A DNA stretch of 64,000 nt from a bacterium (GTDB taxonomy: Bacteria > UBA8248). Position 1 is the stretch's first letter; each line of letters opens with the position of its first letter. The position numbers and the translations under genes were made by a program. The notes below the pieces were generated by a model. That model saw only the letters and a list, made by a program, of their open reading frames with translations, was not told the origin of the DNA and made no database searches. The stretch is from positions 928,001 to 992,000 of the forward strand of contig CBDBBI010000010.1 of NCBI GenBank assembly GCA_965202625.1. Reading direction: 5' to 3'. Positions 13,036 to 23,475 of this stretch are shown here, piece after piece.

Positions 13036-14062
13036 GTGATGCCTCTAACGGTATTGCGCATATTGGATTTAAGCCGCTTTCTTCCGGGTGGGCAATGCCC
13101 CCTGATGCTAGCCGACATGGGAGCGGACGTGCTCATTGATAGATTCCGCCCCGGAGTAATGGAGCACCTCGGTGTCGGCTACCCAAGGCTCAAGCGAGAG
13201 AACCCTTACCTCATCCACTGCGCCATCACCGAATATGGCCAAAGCGGCCCGCTGGCGCAAACGCCAAAGTATGACTTGAACTTCCAATCCATGGGCGGCA
13301 TAGTTAGAAGTCCCCGGCTCTGCAGAGTCTGCAAAGGACGCTCCTCGCACGCCCGGAGTGCTCATAGGGGGCGTGGGCGTCTTTCGCCATACTTGCGGCC
13401 TTGCACCTCGCCGAGCGGACGAGCGTCGGACAATTCATCGACATGTCGATGTTCGACGACGTGATGGGATTTTTATCCATCCATGGGCAGACATATCTCT
13501 CAACCGGCGAGTGCGCGGGACGCGAGGAGATATGACATAACGGCAGGAGGCCGTGCTATCGCTTTCATCCTACAAAAGTGACCGGATGCTTTCCGTCGCA
13601 TGTTCTGAGCCGAAATTTTGGGTACATTTATGCGAACTTATCGGACACGCTGATTTTTATGAGGATTATAGCGCTAGCAGCGATCGGCGAGCGGAAGTGA
13701 TTCAGGCGTTAAATAAAACTTTTCGAACGAAGACCCCCAAAGAGTGGATCACGTTTTTTGACGGAGCGGACGTATGAGTGAGCTCGCACGCTAAACATGC
13801 GCGAGAGCTTCGGACACCCGCAGGTGAGGGCGAGTGGGCTTGTGCGGGAATATCGGCATCTGACCAGAGGGACGTATTCTGGCACGCAGCCATCGCCCAA
13901 ATTCTCAGACATCCCGATAAGAGACTCCCTCCCCGTTTGCGTGAGCATTCGGTCGAAATATTAAGGGAGTACGGGTTTCAAGACGAGGAGATCGAAAATT
14001 TGATGGCGTCTGGCGCCTCCCACCGAGGAGCTCACCCGGTAGGCGAAACCATCAGCGCATGA
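13036..14062 (+). pseudogene. CaiB/BaiF class III CoA-transferase, degraded
   Basis: Fragments in different frames: RILDLSRFLPG..LADMGADV, FRPGV, YGQSGP; SEPKFWVHLCELIG; PPRLREHSVEILREYGF. Internal deletions, frameshifts and stops. Confidence 0.85.
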
Positions 14063-14167
14063 ATTCGCCTCAGCGGGGGAGCAAACCAATGCAAAGCGGA
14101 TCAATTTTCATTGAACGAGGATTTGCAGGGAGGCAACATGGGGGAGCGGTGCCGAGCGAATCGCCCT

Positions 14168-14635
14168 TCATTCGCTATGGCTGCGTTCTTCAAGCTTCTC
14201 CAATTCCGCCTCAAAGTCTTTGAGAGTCCCGAATGACCGATAAACCGACGCAAAGCGCACATAAGCCACTTCATCGACATCTCTCAACTCCTCCATCAGT
14301 TTCTCTCCTATAGCCTTTGTTGATATTTCCTTATCGCCAACATCAAGGATATAGCGTTCGACGCGGTCGACAATCGCTTCTTGATCCTCAGCGGAAACAG
14401 GTCTCTTCTCCAGTGCCTTCTTGATGCCCACGCTAATCTTGTCACGCAGATAATTCACACGAGTACCATCTTTTTTGACGATGAGCGGCCAAGAGACTTC
14501 CACCCTCTCGTAGGTCGTAAAACGGTGGGCGCATCTCTCGCATTTACGTCTTCTGCGAATCGAGTTTCCTTCCTTGGTCGTCCGGCTGTCGACCACCTTG
14601 CTCCCAGAATGACTACAAGTTGGACATTTCATCAA
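14168..14635 (-). CDS. nrdR: transcriptional repressor NrdR
   Basis: MKCPTC...KVVDSR...IRRRRKCERCAHRFTTYER, ATP-cone, VAYVRFASVY. Confidence 0.96.
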   Translation of the reverse strand: MMKCPTCSHSGSKVVDSRTTKEGNSIRRRRKCERCAHRFTTYERVEVSWPLIVKKDGTRVNYLRDKISVGIKKALEKRPVSAEDQEAIVDRVERYILDVGDKEISTKAIGEKLMEELRDVDEVAYVRFASVYRSFGTLKDFEAELEKLEERSHSE

Positions 14636-14660
14636 AATTCGCCATGGGCGGTGGGATCAA

Positions 14661-15119
14661 TCAGGACGTCGGCTGGCACGCATCCTCAATATCGGCAATC
14701 TTGGCCAGACGTCGGGCGTGACGCCCGCCCTCGAACTCCGTTTCCAGCCAGATGGCCACTACCTTTTCCGCCTCATCAAAGCTTATCATCCGGCCCGCCA
14801 GGGATAAAACGTTGGCGTCATTGTGTCGGCGGCTCATCCGCGCCGCCCACTCATCATGGCACGCGACGGCGCGAACGCCCGGAAATTTATTCGCTACAAT
14901 AACCATCCCCGCGGCCGAGCCACAGCACAAAATTCCCCGCTCGAAAGCGCCATCGCTCACCCCACGAGCGGCGGGTGCGGCATAATCCGGATAATCACAA
15001 GACTCCCCCGAGTTCGTCCCAAAATCCCAGTATGGAATCGAGCGCTCATCAAGGAACTGCTTCACCGCTTCTTTCAACGCATATCCTCGATGGTCAGCGG
15101 CAAGAGCGATTTGATTCAT
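14661..15119 (-). CDS. rpiB: ribose 5-phosphate isomerase B
   Basis: IALAADHRG, DYPDYA, GILCCGS, ANKFPGVRA, HNDANVL, FEGGRHARR. Confidence 0.93.
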   Translation of the reverse strand: MNQIALAADHRGYALKEAVKQFLDERSIPYWDFGTNSGESCDYPDYAAPAARGVSDGAFERGILCCGSAAGMVIVANKFPGVRAVACHDEWAARMSRRHNDANVLSLAGRMISFDEAEKVVAIWLETEFEGGRHARRLAKIADIEDACQPTS

Positions 15120-15144
15120 CGGGGATTCTCCGGACGATATCCTT

Positions 15145-15180
15145 TGGTCAGCACCATGATTCTGGTCAGCACCATGATTC
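15145..15180. repeat. perfect 18-bp tandem duplication TGGTCAGCACCATGATTC x2 upstream of rpiB
   Basis: Read directly from the sequence. Confidence 0.9.
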
Positions 15181-15348
15181 AAAATCTAGTGGGCGGCAAC
15201 TCATAAGTCAAGCGATCACGCATCGGTGTATGTTGACATTTCAGATTCGTTGGTTTGCCGGGTGAGGTATCTTTCGGGTTGCGTTGCTTAATCGCCGCAA
15301 CGATTCCATTCAGGGGCGGAAGAACACGTCGCTACTCACCACAAAACG

Positions 15349-16626
15349 TCAATAGGGCTTAATCTCTCCTGCAAAAATTGATTTCCCCAAAAGAATTCTC
15401 GATGCTGCTTGCGCAATTTTCTTAAACTCGTTCTCAGCGGCCAGCCTCTCTCCCTTCTCCTGCAAACATCGCGCCTCCATCAGATGCAGTGCCAGACGCA
15501 CCCAAGAATCCTCATCCTCTTCAGACATAGCGAGAGAAGAAGCCATCTCTATGCTTTTATCGACCTTTTCAAGCTGCCCCCCCTCCAGCATCAACGCTGC
15601 GTGCAGCACATGGTGATAGATATCTTTCTCTCGACGTTTTCCTGCAGATTGAATGTGAGCAGCCGCTTTTTTTATCGTACTCTGTGATTCCAAAGGACCC
15701 AAAGCCAACGTCATTCTTTGCAGAAACTCCAAACCGCCCAAATCCTGATACCCGTTCTCCCACATGCGTAGAGCACGCTTTTCTCGGCCCGCCGCCAGCT
15801 GCGCATCACCCAACAAAAGGTATGTCTTTTTCTCTCCAGAGAGGTGGTGCATGGCTCGTTCGAGAAACGGAATCGCCGCTTCGGGCCGAGAAGCACTTAA
15901 TTTCGCCTCTCCCGCAGTTAGATACGCGCGGCCAGCAATCTGCTTATCCGCTTGCCGATCAAAATCAGACGCTCCTAATTGAGAGATTTTCTCGCAAACT
16001 TCGACAGCAGCCTCAGTACGACCATTTTCCAAATACACATCCCTGAGCTTTCGGAGCACCAACGGGCTCGCACCCCTGCCTGCACTGTTTTGCGCGAGAA
16101 GCTCGAGTGCCTCTCCCGCCTTGCCAGCATGATCGAGAGTCTCGGAAAGACGTATGATGGAATCAGGCGAGTTATTCGTAACTGCGAGAAGGCGCTCATT
16201 CCATTGAATAGCGTCATTCGAGTTACCGGAATCTATGGCCATATCCGCAGCCAGTCTTAACGCCGGAATGAAGCGTGGATCATCCCTTAACACGCGTCTG
16301 AGCTCTCTCCGCGCACGCCTTATTTTACCTTGAATCCCCAAACTTTGCGCGCGGAAGAATCGCTCTTGTGCGCGATTCAAGCGTTTTTGTTTCTGAGCGG
16401 TCTTCTGACGCGAAAACCAGCCAAGAACAGCCTCTCCCCACCCCAGAACGGAGGCCAGAAACGAGCCAATGAGAGCGGCTCCCAACACCACAAAAGCCAA
16501 TGGCATTCTCACAGACCAAGCATCCGTAAAACGCAAGTCGATGAACTCTCGGTTATAGTGCAGAAAATAGACAGCGGCCCCCACCGGGACGGCAAGGGTG
16601 AACAAAGTCCGAAGCTTCATTCGCAA
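15349..16626 (-). CDS. membrane-anchored TPR protein (LapA-like N-terminus fused to LapB-like TPRs)
   Basis: Two N-terminal hydrophobic segments flanking NREFIDLRF...VRMPLA (LapA-like), followed by TPR helices. No C-terminal rubredoxin CxxC. Confidence 0.65.
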   Translation of the reverse strand: MRMKLRTLFTLAVPVGAAVYFLHYNREFIDLRFTDAWSVRMPLAFVVLGAALIGSFLASVLGWGEAVLGWFSRQKTAQKQKRLNRAQERFFRAQSLGIQGKIRRARRELRRVLRDDPRFIPALRLAADMAIDSGNSNDAIQWNERLLAVTNNSPDSIIRLSETLDHAGKAGEALELLAQNSAGRGASPLVLRKLRDVYLENGRTEAAVEVCEKISQLGASDFDRQADKQIAGRAYLTAGEAKLSASRPEAAIPFLERAMHHLSGEKKTYLLLGDAQLAAGREKRALRMWENGYQDLGGLEFLQRMTLALGPLESQSTIKKAAAHIQSAGKRREKDIYHHVLHAALMLEGGQLEKVDKSIEMASSLAMSEEDEDSWVRLALHLMEARCLQEKGERLAAENEFKKIAQAASRILLGKSIFAGEIKPY

Positions 16627-16641
16627 CTCACTGCTTGGTGT

Positions 16642-17019
16642 CTAACTGCCGCCGCGCCTCTCAATCTCATTTTGCGCCGCCACGGTATAACGCGCATAGG
16701 GAATCGCTTCCAGACGGGAATAGGGAATGGGCTCATCCGATTCATCACAAATACCATAGATGCCCTCTTTAATCCTCTGAAACGCCGCCTCCACTTCTCG
16801 CAAACGCTCCCGTTCTCTTTCGCCTAAATCCATCAACACTTGGCGCGAATAGGTGTCGGCAGCCATGTCTGCAATATCTTGCGTTCCATCGTCACCTATT
16901 TCCTTAGTATGGGCTTTGTTTTTCTCTACATCACCAAGTATTTCCCGGCGCACTTCATACAATCTCTCTTCTAAATTTCTCAACTGCTTTTTCGTCAAAT
17001 GCTTCACAGGAAACCTCAA
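16642..17019 (-). CDS. DksA/TraR family transcription factor
   Basis: Coiled-coil tip DIADMA, then AFQRIKEGIYGICDESDEPIPYSRLEAIPYARY. Confidence 0.88.
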   Translation of the reverse strand: MRFPVKHLTKKQLRNLEERLYEVRREILGDVEKNKAHTKEIGDDGTQDIADMAADTYSRQVLMDLGERERERLREVEAAFQRIKEGIYGICDESDEPIPYSRLEAIPYARYTVAAQNEIERRGGS

Positions 17020-17035
17020 CTTTTATTCTCATGAC

Positions 17036-17437
17036 TTAGACGCTAGACACCATTGGTTTGATGATAGGCGCGTGCGCCCACAAATCCTCTAGCCGATAAA
17101 AATCCCTACTCTTCTCATTAAATATATGAACGAGAAAATCTCCACAGTCCATCAACACCCAGTTTCCTTCTTCTAACCCTTCTGAGAAAAATATATTGTC
17201 ACCTATTTCCTGAAGTTTCTCCTTAGTTGCTTCACAGAGCGCCTTCACATGGCGGAGGCTCGTTGCGTGACAAATCAGGAAAGCGTCCACTTCCACCGAG
17301 AGAGGTCGCAGGTCCAAAAGCACGACATCCATCGCTTTTTTCGCTTCCAATGACTCTTGGAGAGCATGCAGCCGATTCTCTAGTTGCTTGATAAGTTCCC
17401 ACCCCCAATCATTACGAAACAATTCCCGAGTGTCCAT
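17036..17437 (-). CDS. rsfS: ribosome silencing factor RsfS
   Basis: KKAMDVVLLDL, WVLMDCGDFLVHIF, RDFYRLEDLW; follows nadD. Confidence 0.92.
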   Translation of the reverse strand: MDTRELFRNDWGWELIKQLENRLHALQESLEAKKAMDVVLLDLRPLSVEVDAFLICHATSLRHVKALCEATKEKLQEIGDNIFFSEGLEEGNWVLMDCGDFLVHIFNEKSRDFYRLEDLWAHAPIIKPMVSSV

Positions 17438-18095
17438 ATAATCGGCGTCGAATTATAAAGAGTTCGACCTCACGTGGCAATAAACATCGTATAGAGGAGG
17501 CCTTTTTGATCCGTTCTCTGATCCGAGTCGCCGAAATGTCGATCTCCTTGATTGGAAGAAATTTTATGACCCGCTTCTTTGCTTCATCAATAAATTGCGC
17601 TTCTTTGCTTAAGTCTTTTTTTATGCAATAACCCGGCGCGATTTCCTTGATAATGCGAAAAAGCGTTTTAAAATACTCTTGCGAATTTTGCTCTCCTCGC
17701 AAAGTAACCGCAAAATTGATGGCGCTTAACACCTCTTTCGGCCTGTGCCATGTGCCCAACTCAACAAAAGCATCCGCACCGATAATGAAGAACATCTCGT
17801 CGTCATCAGGCACCCTCCGCCCTACTTCCTTCACGGTATCGAGCGTATAGGATACCCCCCCTCGCTCTACTTCGATCGAGTCGCACACATACGCGGGATA
17901 ATCTACCAAAGCAATACGAATCATCTCCAGTCTGTCCGCCACTGAAGCAATCTCACCCTTCGGTTTATGAGGTGGCGAAGCGGATGGAACAAACCGGATT
18001 TCATCAAGCCTTAGCGTCCTGCGCACTTCATCGGCGGAGTGGAGGTGCCCGTAGTGAATCGGGTTAAAAGTCCCGCCCAGAATTCCGATGCGCAA
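17412..18095 (-). CDS. nadD: nicotinate-nucleotide adenylyltransferase
   Basis: GILGGTFNPIHYGH, PPHK, SYTLDT, FIIGAD, ISATRIR. Confidence 0.95.
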   Translation of the reverse strand: MRIGILGGTFNPIHYGHLHSADEVRRTLRLDEIRFVPSASPPHKPKGEIASVADRLEMIRIALVDYPAYVCDSIEVERGGVSYTLDTVKEVGRRVPDDDEMFFIIGADAFVELGTWHRPKEVLSAINFAVTLRGEQNSQEYFKTLFRIIKEIAPGYCIKKDLSKEAQFIDEAKKRVIKFLPIKEIDISATRIRERIKKASSIRCLLPREVELFIIRRRLYGHSGIVS

Positions 18096-18113
18096 TGTCT
18101 CCCCTTGCTCTTT

Positions 18114-19265
18114 CTACGTCGGTTCCATCAAAACAAAATTGTTTCGATGAACGACCTCATCGTAGTCTTTGCTGCCAAGAATCGAGGCAATTTCCTTTGT
18201 TTGCTTTCCGGCGATTTGAGCCACCTCACCACTTGAATAATTCGCCAGGCCACGGCCCAAAATCACCTCATGGGCGCCTCGTATCTCCACCACATCGCCA
18301 AAACGAAAATTCCCGCCGGCAGATACGACGCCGCTGGGCAAAAGACTCTTCCCTCGCTTCACTAGGGCGTTCACCGCGCCAACGTCGATCTTCAGCCAAC
18401 CACGGGGCTTGGCCGTGGTCCCTATCCAGCCCTTTTTCCCTTTCAAGCGCGCGCTATTCGGAACGAATAGCGTCCCCAATGGTTCACCCGCCAATGCACG
18501 CTCAATGACGTTGGGTTCTCGCCCTTTCACGACGAGCGTTCTGATTCCCACCTTGTTGAGAATTTTGACCGCCTGCACCTTCGCTCGCATTCCTCCATGG
18601 GCGAGGGGATTCGGGCTCTTGCCCGCGATCGAAAAAATTTCCTTGGGGAGTCCCTCAACGCGGGGAATCAAACGCGCCTGCTCTGATATCCTAGGGTCCT
18701 CATCATATAAGCCCGCCACGTCGGATAAAAGGATGACAAGACCTGCTTGAATCATTTGCGCCGACTGGGCGGCAAGGGTGTCATTGTCTCCAAAACGGAT
18801 TTCTTCGACTGAAACAGTATCATTTTCGTTCACAATCGGGAGCACGCCTTTGCTCATCAACGTCTCAAAAGTGTTGCAAGCGTTCAAGAATCGGCTTCTC
18901 TCGTCTAAATCAGAGTGAATAAGCAACACTTGTGCCGTCTCAACGCCCCTGCGTCTGAATGCGCGTCCATACGCTTCCATCAGGATGGGTTGACCTACGG
19001 CGGCGGCCGCTTGACGCTCAGGAACCGCTTTGGGAATTCCCTCCATGTCTAGCCTTTTCACACCGGCTGCAATAGCTCCGGATGAAACCACAACGACTTG
19101 ACGACCCTCCTTTCGGAGTTTTACGACTTGCGAAGCGATGCGCCCTAGAACCCTTCGGTTCACGCCCAACTCATCAGACGCCGTCAAAACCGAGCTTCCT
19201 ACTTTGACCACGATGCGACGGCTCTTAAGCGCAAAATCACTCCTTTGCATTATCGCGTCCCCCAT
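18114..19265 (-). CDS. proB: glutamate 5-kinase
   Basis: VVKVGSS, VSSGAIAAG, QAAAAVGQ, NENDTV, GDNDTL, C-terminal PUA domain. Confidence 0.95.
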   Translation of the reverse strand: MGDAIMQRSDFALKSRRIVVKVGSSVLTASDELGVNRRVLGRIASQVVKLRKEGRQVVVVSSGAIAAGVKRLDMEGIPKAVPERQAAAAVGQPILMEAYGRAFRRRGVETAQVLLIHSDLDERSRFLNACNTFETLMSKGVLPIVNENDTVSVEEIRFGDNDTLAAQSAQMIQAGLVILLSDVAGLYDEDPRISEQARLIPRVEGLPKEIFSIAGKSPNPLAHGGMRAKVQAVKILNKVGIRTLVVKGREPNVIERALAGEPLGTLFVPNSARLKGKKGWIGTTAKPRGWLKIDVGAVNALVKRGKSLLPSGVVSAGGNFRFGDVVEIRGAHEVILGRGLANYSSGEVAQIAGKQTKEIASILGSKDYDEVVHRNNFVLMEPT

Positions 19266-19277
19266 GGGGCTCCCCGT

Positions 19278-20306
19278 CTATATCGTTGGAATGGCTTTGT
19301 TTCCGGGTTCTTTGATCTGCTTAAGCATTTGCGACGTTCTGCCTAGCAATTCACTTAAACCGAAGCCCGAAACCGCCGAGACAAGGTGCGTTTCCACCCC
19401 TCGCGCCATGATTCCCTCGCGCAGTTTCAACAAATGATCCCTAGACTCCTGAAGGTCCATTTTTGTCAAAACGGCCATTCTGCGTTTCTCGGCCAGAAGG
19501 GGCGAGAACATAGACAACTCATGGACCACTGCGTCAAAATCCGAGAGACCTCGCTCAAGGGGCAAGGACGCATCGACTAAATGGAGAAGCAACACACAAC
19601 GTTCCACGTGTCGCAAAAATTGCAATCCCAGGCCCTTCCCCTTGTTGGCGCCTGGCATCAGCCCCGGAATGTCGGCCACCACACATGAGTCGTAATCGCC
19701 TAAACGCACCACTCCCAGATTGGGGTAGAGCGTCGTGAACGGATAATCAGCAATCTTGGGCTTACTTTCAGAAATTCTCGATATGAGCATGGACTTCCCC
19801 GCATTGGGCATTCCGATGAGCCCCACATCCGCGAGTAGTTTCAACTCCAACAGCAAGAGGTGCTCTTCCCCCTCTTTTCCTTTTGTTGTCCTCCGGGGAG
19901 CTCGATTCGTTGCGCTCTTAAAATGCGCATTGCCGAGTCCGCCCCGGCCCCCTTGCGCGATAATGACTTCTAGCCCTTCTTGTGAGAGATCTACCATCAT
20001 GTCCCCTGTTTCAGCATCACGCACGATAGTTCCCAAAGGCACTTCGAGTAACAAATCCTCCCCATTGCTCCCATGCTTGTTGCTTCCCATCCCCCTTTGG
20101 CCTTTTTTCGCTCTCAGAAACGACTGGTATCTAAAATTCATCAACGTATTCAAGGACGAAGCGCCTTGAAAAATTACATGCCCGCCACACCCACCATTCC
20201 CCCCGTCAGGGCCGCCTTTCGGCACAAACTTCTCCCGGCGGAAGCTGAGGCAACCGTCACCTCCACGGCCTGCCTGCACCCGTATTTGAGCGGTATCAAC
20301 AAACAT
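19278..20306 (-). CDS. obgE: GTPase ObgE
   Basis: [47 protein letters not shown]. Confidence 0.96.
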   Translation of the reverse strand: MFVDTAQIRVQAGRGGDGCLSFRREKFVPKGGPDGGNGGCGGHVIFQGASSLNTLMNFRYQSFLRAKKGQRGMGSNKHGSNGEDLLLEVPLGTIVRDAETGDMMVDLSQEGLEVIIAQGGRGGLGNAHFKSATNRAPRRTTKGKEGEEHLLLLELKLLADVGLIGMPNAGKSMLISRISESKPKIADYPFTTLYPNLGVVRLGDYDSCVVADIPGLMPGANKGKGLGLQFLRHVERCVLLLHLVDASLPLERGLSDFDAVVHELSMFSPLLAEKRRMAVLTKMDLQESRDHLLKLREGIMARGVETHLVSAVSGFGLSELLGRTSQMLKQIKEPGNKAIPTI

Positions 20307-20335
20307 GGCGAGGGCGGAATCTGCCCATTGAGAGG

Positions 20336-20593
20336 CTACTCCGCCGGAATCACGCTGATAGTGCGGCGGCCCTTGGCTTTGCGCTCAAACCTCAATTTCC
20401 CGTTTGTCTTGGCAAAGAGAGTATGGTCATTTCCGAGGCCGACGTTTTCACCTGGATGAAAAATGGTGCCACGTTGTCTGACCAGGATGGTCCCTGCATT
20501 CACGCTTTCGCCCGCAAAACGCTTCACACCCAAACGGCGCCCGGCGCTATCCCGTCCATTTGATGAACTTCCACCAGCTTTTTTATGCGCCAT
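20336..20593 (-). CDS. rpmA: 50S ribosomal protein L27
   Basis: [24 protein letters not shown]. Confidence 0.98.
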   Translation of the reverse strand: MAHKKAGGSSSNGRDSAGRRLGVKRFAGESVNAGTILVRQRGTIFHPGENVGLGNDHTLFAKTNGKLRFERKAKGRRTISVIPAE

Positions 20594-20605
20594 TTCCCCG
20601 TCCTT

Positions 20606-20923
20606 TCATCCAGATGGGAGGATGTCCGTCACCTCTATGTGGGTGTAAGGCTGCCTGTGTCCCCGCTTAGTGCGAACCTTCTTGCGGCGTTTGAAGCGAA
20701 AAGCGACGACTTTTCTCCCGCGTCCGTGGTCGCGAATCACCGCTTTTACCTTGGCTTTATTAAGCCCTTCCTTGCCTGATACAACCTCTTCTCCATTTAC
20801 GATGAGTCGAACGTCATCAAAATCGACGCTTTCGCCAACCTCACCGCTCACACGCTCCACCAGGATATGATCCCCCGTTTCAACGCGCACCTGCTTGCCA
20901 CCGGTCTCCACTACGGCGTACAT
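20606..20923 (-). CDS. rplU: 50S ribosomal protein L21
   Basis: MYAVVETGGKQ...KRGHRQPYT. Confidence 0.97.
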   Translation of the reverse strand: MYAVVETGGKQVRVETGDHILVERVSGEVGESVDFDDVRLIVNGEEVVSGKEGLNKAKVKAVIRDHGRGRKVVAFRFKRRKKVRTKRGHRQPYTHIEVTDILPSG

Positions 20924-21082
20924 TCCGAAAATCTCCTCCGCACCCCCAAAGAATTTGCGCACTTGAGAAAAACCACCCCTTTCTCCTATAATTTTGCGCC
21001 CACAAGGAAGGGGATGTCTATCAACCCATCACCGAAAAGTCAATGAAAACTCCTGCAATCAGCTAAACCCTTCCGCTCTCCC

Positions 21083-21445
21083 TCATTTTTTTTTCTTAAT
21101 CAAGCGAAACGTGATTCGCTCGGTCCGAAACGAAATGGAACGCCTCGCAGGCAGATAATCCTTTTTTTGTGCCGATACGGTTAAACCTTTGAAAATATCT
21201 CTGAGGCCCACCTTAAACTTCAGACGCAACGGCGTTTTGCCCTGATAAACCTCATTGATGAAAACATCAGCCTGGGGAGGATTTGACGTGATGACTAGGC
21301 GTCGCTCCCTTGTAATCGGATTGCCAACATTACTCTCCCACCATTTCCCCACCTGGTTCTTCGTTTTGGCGCACCCGGACATTCCCGGCAGGATCAAGAG
21401 AAAAACGCTGAAAACAAGAACAAGGCGTCTTGAACTCTCCCTCAT
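21083..21445 (-). CDS. PEGA-domain lipoprotein
   Basis: Lipobox-like MSGC after a hydrophobic stretch; ITSNPPQADVFINEVYQGKTP (PEGA). Start estimated. Confidence 0.7.
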   Translation of the reverse strand: MRESSRRLVLVFSVFLLILPGMSGCAKTKNQVGKWWESNVGNPITRERRLVITSNPPQADVFINEVYQGKTPLRLKFKVGLRDIFKGLTVSAQKKDYLPARRSISFRTERITFRLIKKKK

Positions 21446-21603
21446 ATATATCTCATTCGTCTCCCGAGACATGGACCGCATCCTATAAAAAAACGGAACG
21501 CAACGAGCACAAGGAAGCATTTCTTTCGGACATGAGTCTATACTGAAAACATTGGGTGGAAAAACCACCCCATCGTGAGAATACGTATGTTTTGGGAGGG
21601 TGG

Positions 21604-22530
21604 CTACCTCGAAGGCTCTCCCACCTGCTGCCCCGACCACTCTTCAAACATTTGTAACAATTCCGTTTGATCAGAATCTGGTCCGTACTTTTGCACGCCC
21701 AAGCCATATATCTCTCGGGCGTGGTTCAAATAAAACGCCGCCACTCCATTTTCGCGCGCTAAATCGCTGCCCATAGAGAGGTCTTTGTGCATCAACCCCG
21801 TGGAGAACCCACACGCAAAGTCACGAGGCAAAAGAAACCGGGGCCATTTGTCTTTGGTGGCACTATTCATGCCAGAACCGCCATTTAAAACCTGAAGTGC
21901 TTTTTCGGGATTAAGACCGAGTTTCGAAGCCAACACCATGGCCTCCATTGATACGAGCAGACTCGTGGCCGAGAGAAAATTGTTCACACATTTCATTGCG
22001 TGGCCTGATTCCGGTGCTTCATCAATATGAACGATGGTTTTGCCCAACGTTTCAAAAATAGGCATCGCAGCATTCACAATCTCTTTGGGTCCACCCGGCA
22101 TGATGGCCAAAGTCGCGGCTTCTGCACCTACGACGCCGCCTGAGACCGGCGCACCGATGAGACGCAATCCTTTTTCTCCCACCCGTGAAGCAAGAATGCC
22201 CGTCCTGGTAGGGTAGGATGAACTCATATCGATAATCAATTTTCCCTTGCCCAGATGCGTTGCTATCCCCTCCCGCCCATCAACTACCGCGTCTACGACA
22301 TCGCTGTTGGGTAACATAGTGATGACGACATCGGCGCGCATCGCCAGCTCAGCCAGACTCGTAGCCTCCTGCACGCCGTCGCCCGCCAAAGCCTTGACGT
22401 TCTCTGGTCTCGTATCATAAGCCACCACCGTATAGTCGCCACGTCTGAGGTTTTTCGACATGGGGGCTCCCATCTTCCCAACTCCGATGAAACCAACAAT
22501 CGCGCTCCCTGCCTGTAGAGTTCGCATCAT
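21604..22530 (-). CDS. NAD(P)-dependent beta-hydroxyacid dehydrogenase (3-hydroxyisobutyrate dehydrogenase family)
   Basis: GFIGVGKMGAPM, APVSGG, GHAMKCVNN, LMHKDL. Confidence 0.88.
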   Translation of the reverse strand: MMRTLQAGSAIVGFIGVGKMGAPMSKNLRRGDYTVVAYDTRPENVKALAGDGVQEATSLAELAMRADVVITMLPNSDVVDAVVDGREGIATHLGKGKLIIDMSSSYPTRTGILASRVGEKGLRLIGAPVSGGVVGAEAATLAIMPGGPKEIVNAAMPIFETLGKTIVHIDEAPESGHAMKCVNNFLSATSLLVSMEAMVLASKLGLNPEKALQVLNGGSGMNSATKDKWPRFLLPRDFACGFSTGLMHKDLSMGSDLARENGVAAFYLNHAREIYGLGVQKYGPDSDQTELLQMFEEWSGQQVGEPSR

Positions 22531-22702
22531 TTCCTCGCTATCTGGATAAAGCCTGCCCCAAAGCCGCAACCTACTATATGTATTGTTTTTATCCGCCCAA
22601 AGGTTTTTGTCAATCTCCAATCGAAATGATAGCCTCGTCCATACTTCATATTTCTTATCAACCGCCCTTTACGTATCCACGTATCGTACGAGGAGATTTG
22701 CA

Positions 22703-23428
22703 ATGATGCCGATTTCGGCGGATGACGTCCTATGTTACTTAGAAAAAAACCCTGGTTTTTTCATCGAACACCCGGATTATCTTCGCCAAAGTGATCTACT
22801 GACGCAACACAGCACCTCAGCCAGAGTCCTGAACTTGCGAGACAAGCTTTTCGACCGGCTAAAGGGCGAACGGGAAGACCTCATACGGCTTCTTGATGAA
22901 ACGATAAAACTCGCCCGGAAAAACGAGCAAATCGAAAAAAATTTTATGGCGATCGAACAACTTTTGTTTGAGCAAGCGCCTTCGTTGGCAAGTCTCACGG
23001 AAATTGCCAAAAATATCGAATCGCGCTTTGGAATTGCGTATGCAGGATTTCTGCTCTTAGAACCCATTGATGGCATTCCCGTCCTTGCGACAAAACCAGA
23101 GGAGTCGTCCCGGATTCGACCACTTGGCAAAGTAGAAGAAGAACTTGTCCCCATGGAAGAGGGGGGCGTTGCGCTCAAAGGCAAGCTGGAGAATGGAGGC
23201 GGGCCGCTGTTTCCTGATACCTTGAGCGAAACCATCCGCTCGACCGCCATTGTTCCTTTAGAAGTTCGTGAGCGAAAAATCGGTTTTCTCATTCTGGGTT
23301 CAAAGGACCCCGAGCGATACCAACAGGGAATGGCGACCCATCTCCTCAAACGTCTTGCGATGCGCCTGGCCCTCGGAATCTCCATCTTCCAACGTTTCAA
23401 TCGGAAGGCAACGCAAACAGGTTCTTAA
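22703..23428 (+). CDS. DUF484 (YigA-like, GAF-like) protein
   Basis: YLEKNPGFFIEHP N-terminus and LILGSKDPERYQQGMATHLL C-terminus; RBS GAGGAG. Confidence 0.8.
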   Translation: MMPISADDVLCYLEKNPGFFIEHPDYLRQSDLLTQHSTSARVLNLRDKLFDRLKGEREDLIRLLDETIKLARKNEQIEKNFMAIEQLLFEQAPSLASLTEIAKNIESRFGIAYAGFLLLEPIDGIPVLATKPEESSRIRPLGKVEEELVPMEEGGVALKGKLENGGGPLFPDTLSETIRSTAIVPLEVRERKIGFLILGSKDPERYQQGMATHLLKRLAMRLALGISIFQRFNRKATQTGS

Positions 23429-23475
23429 ATAAGCGTACTCTATGTCGTAGCCCTTCTTCTCCCTCCCTCGAATCA

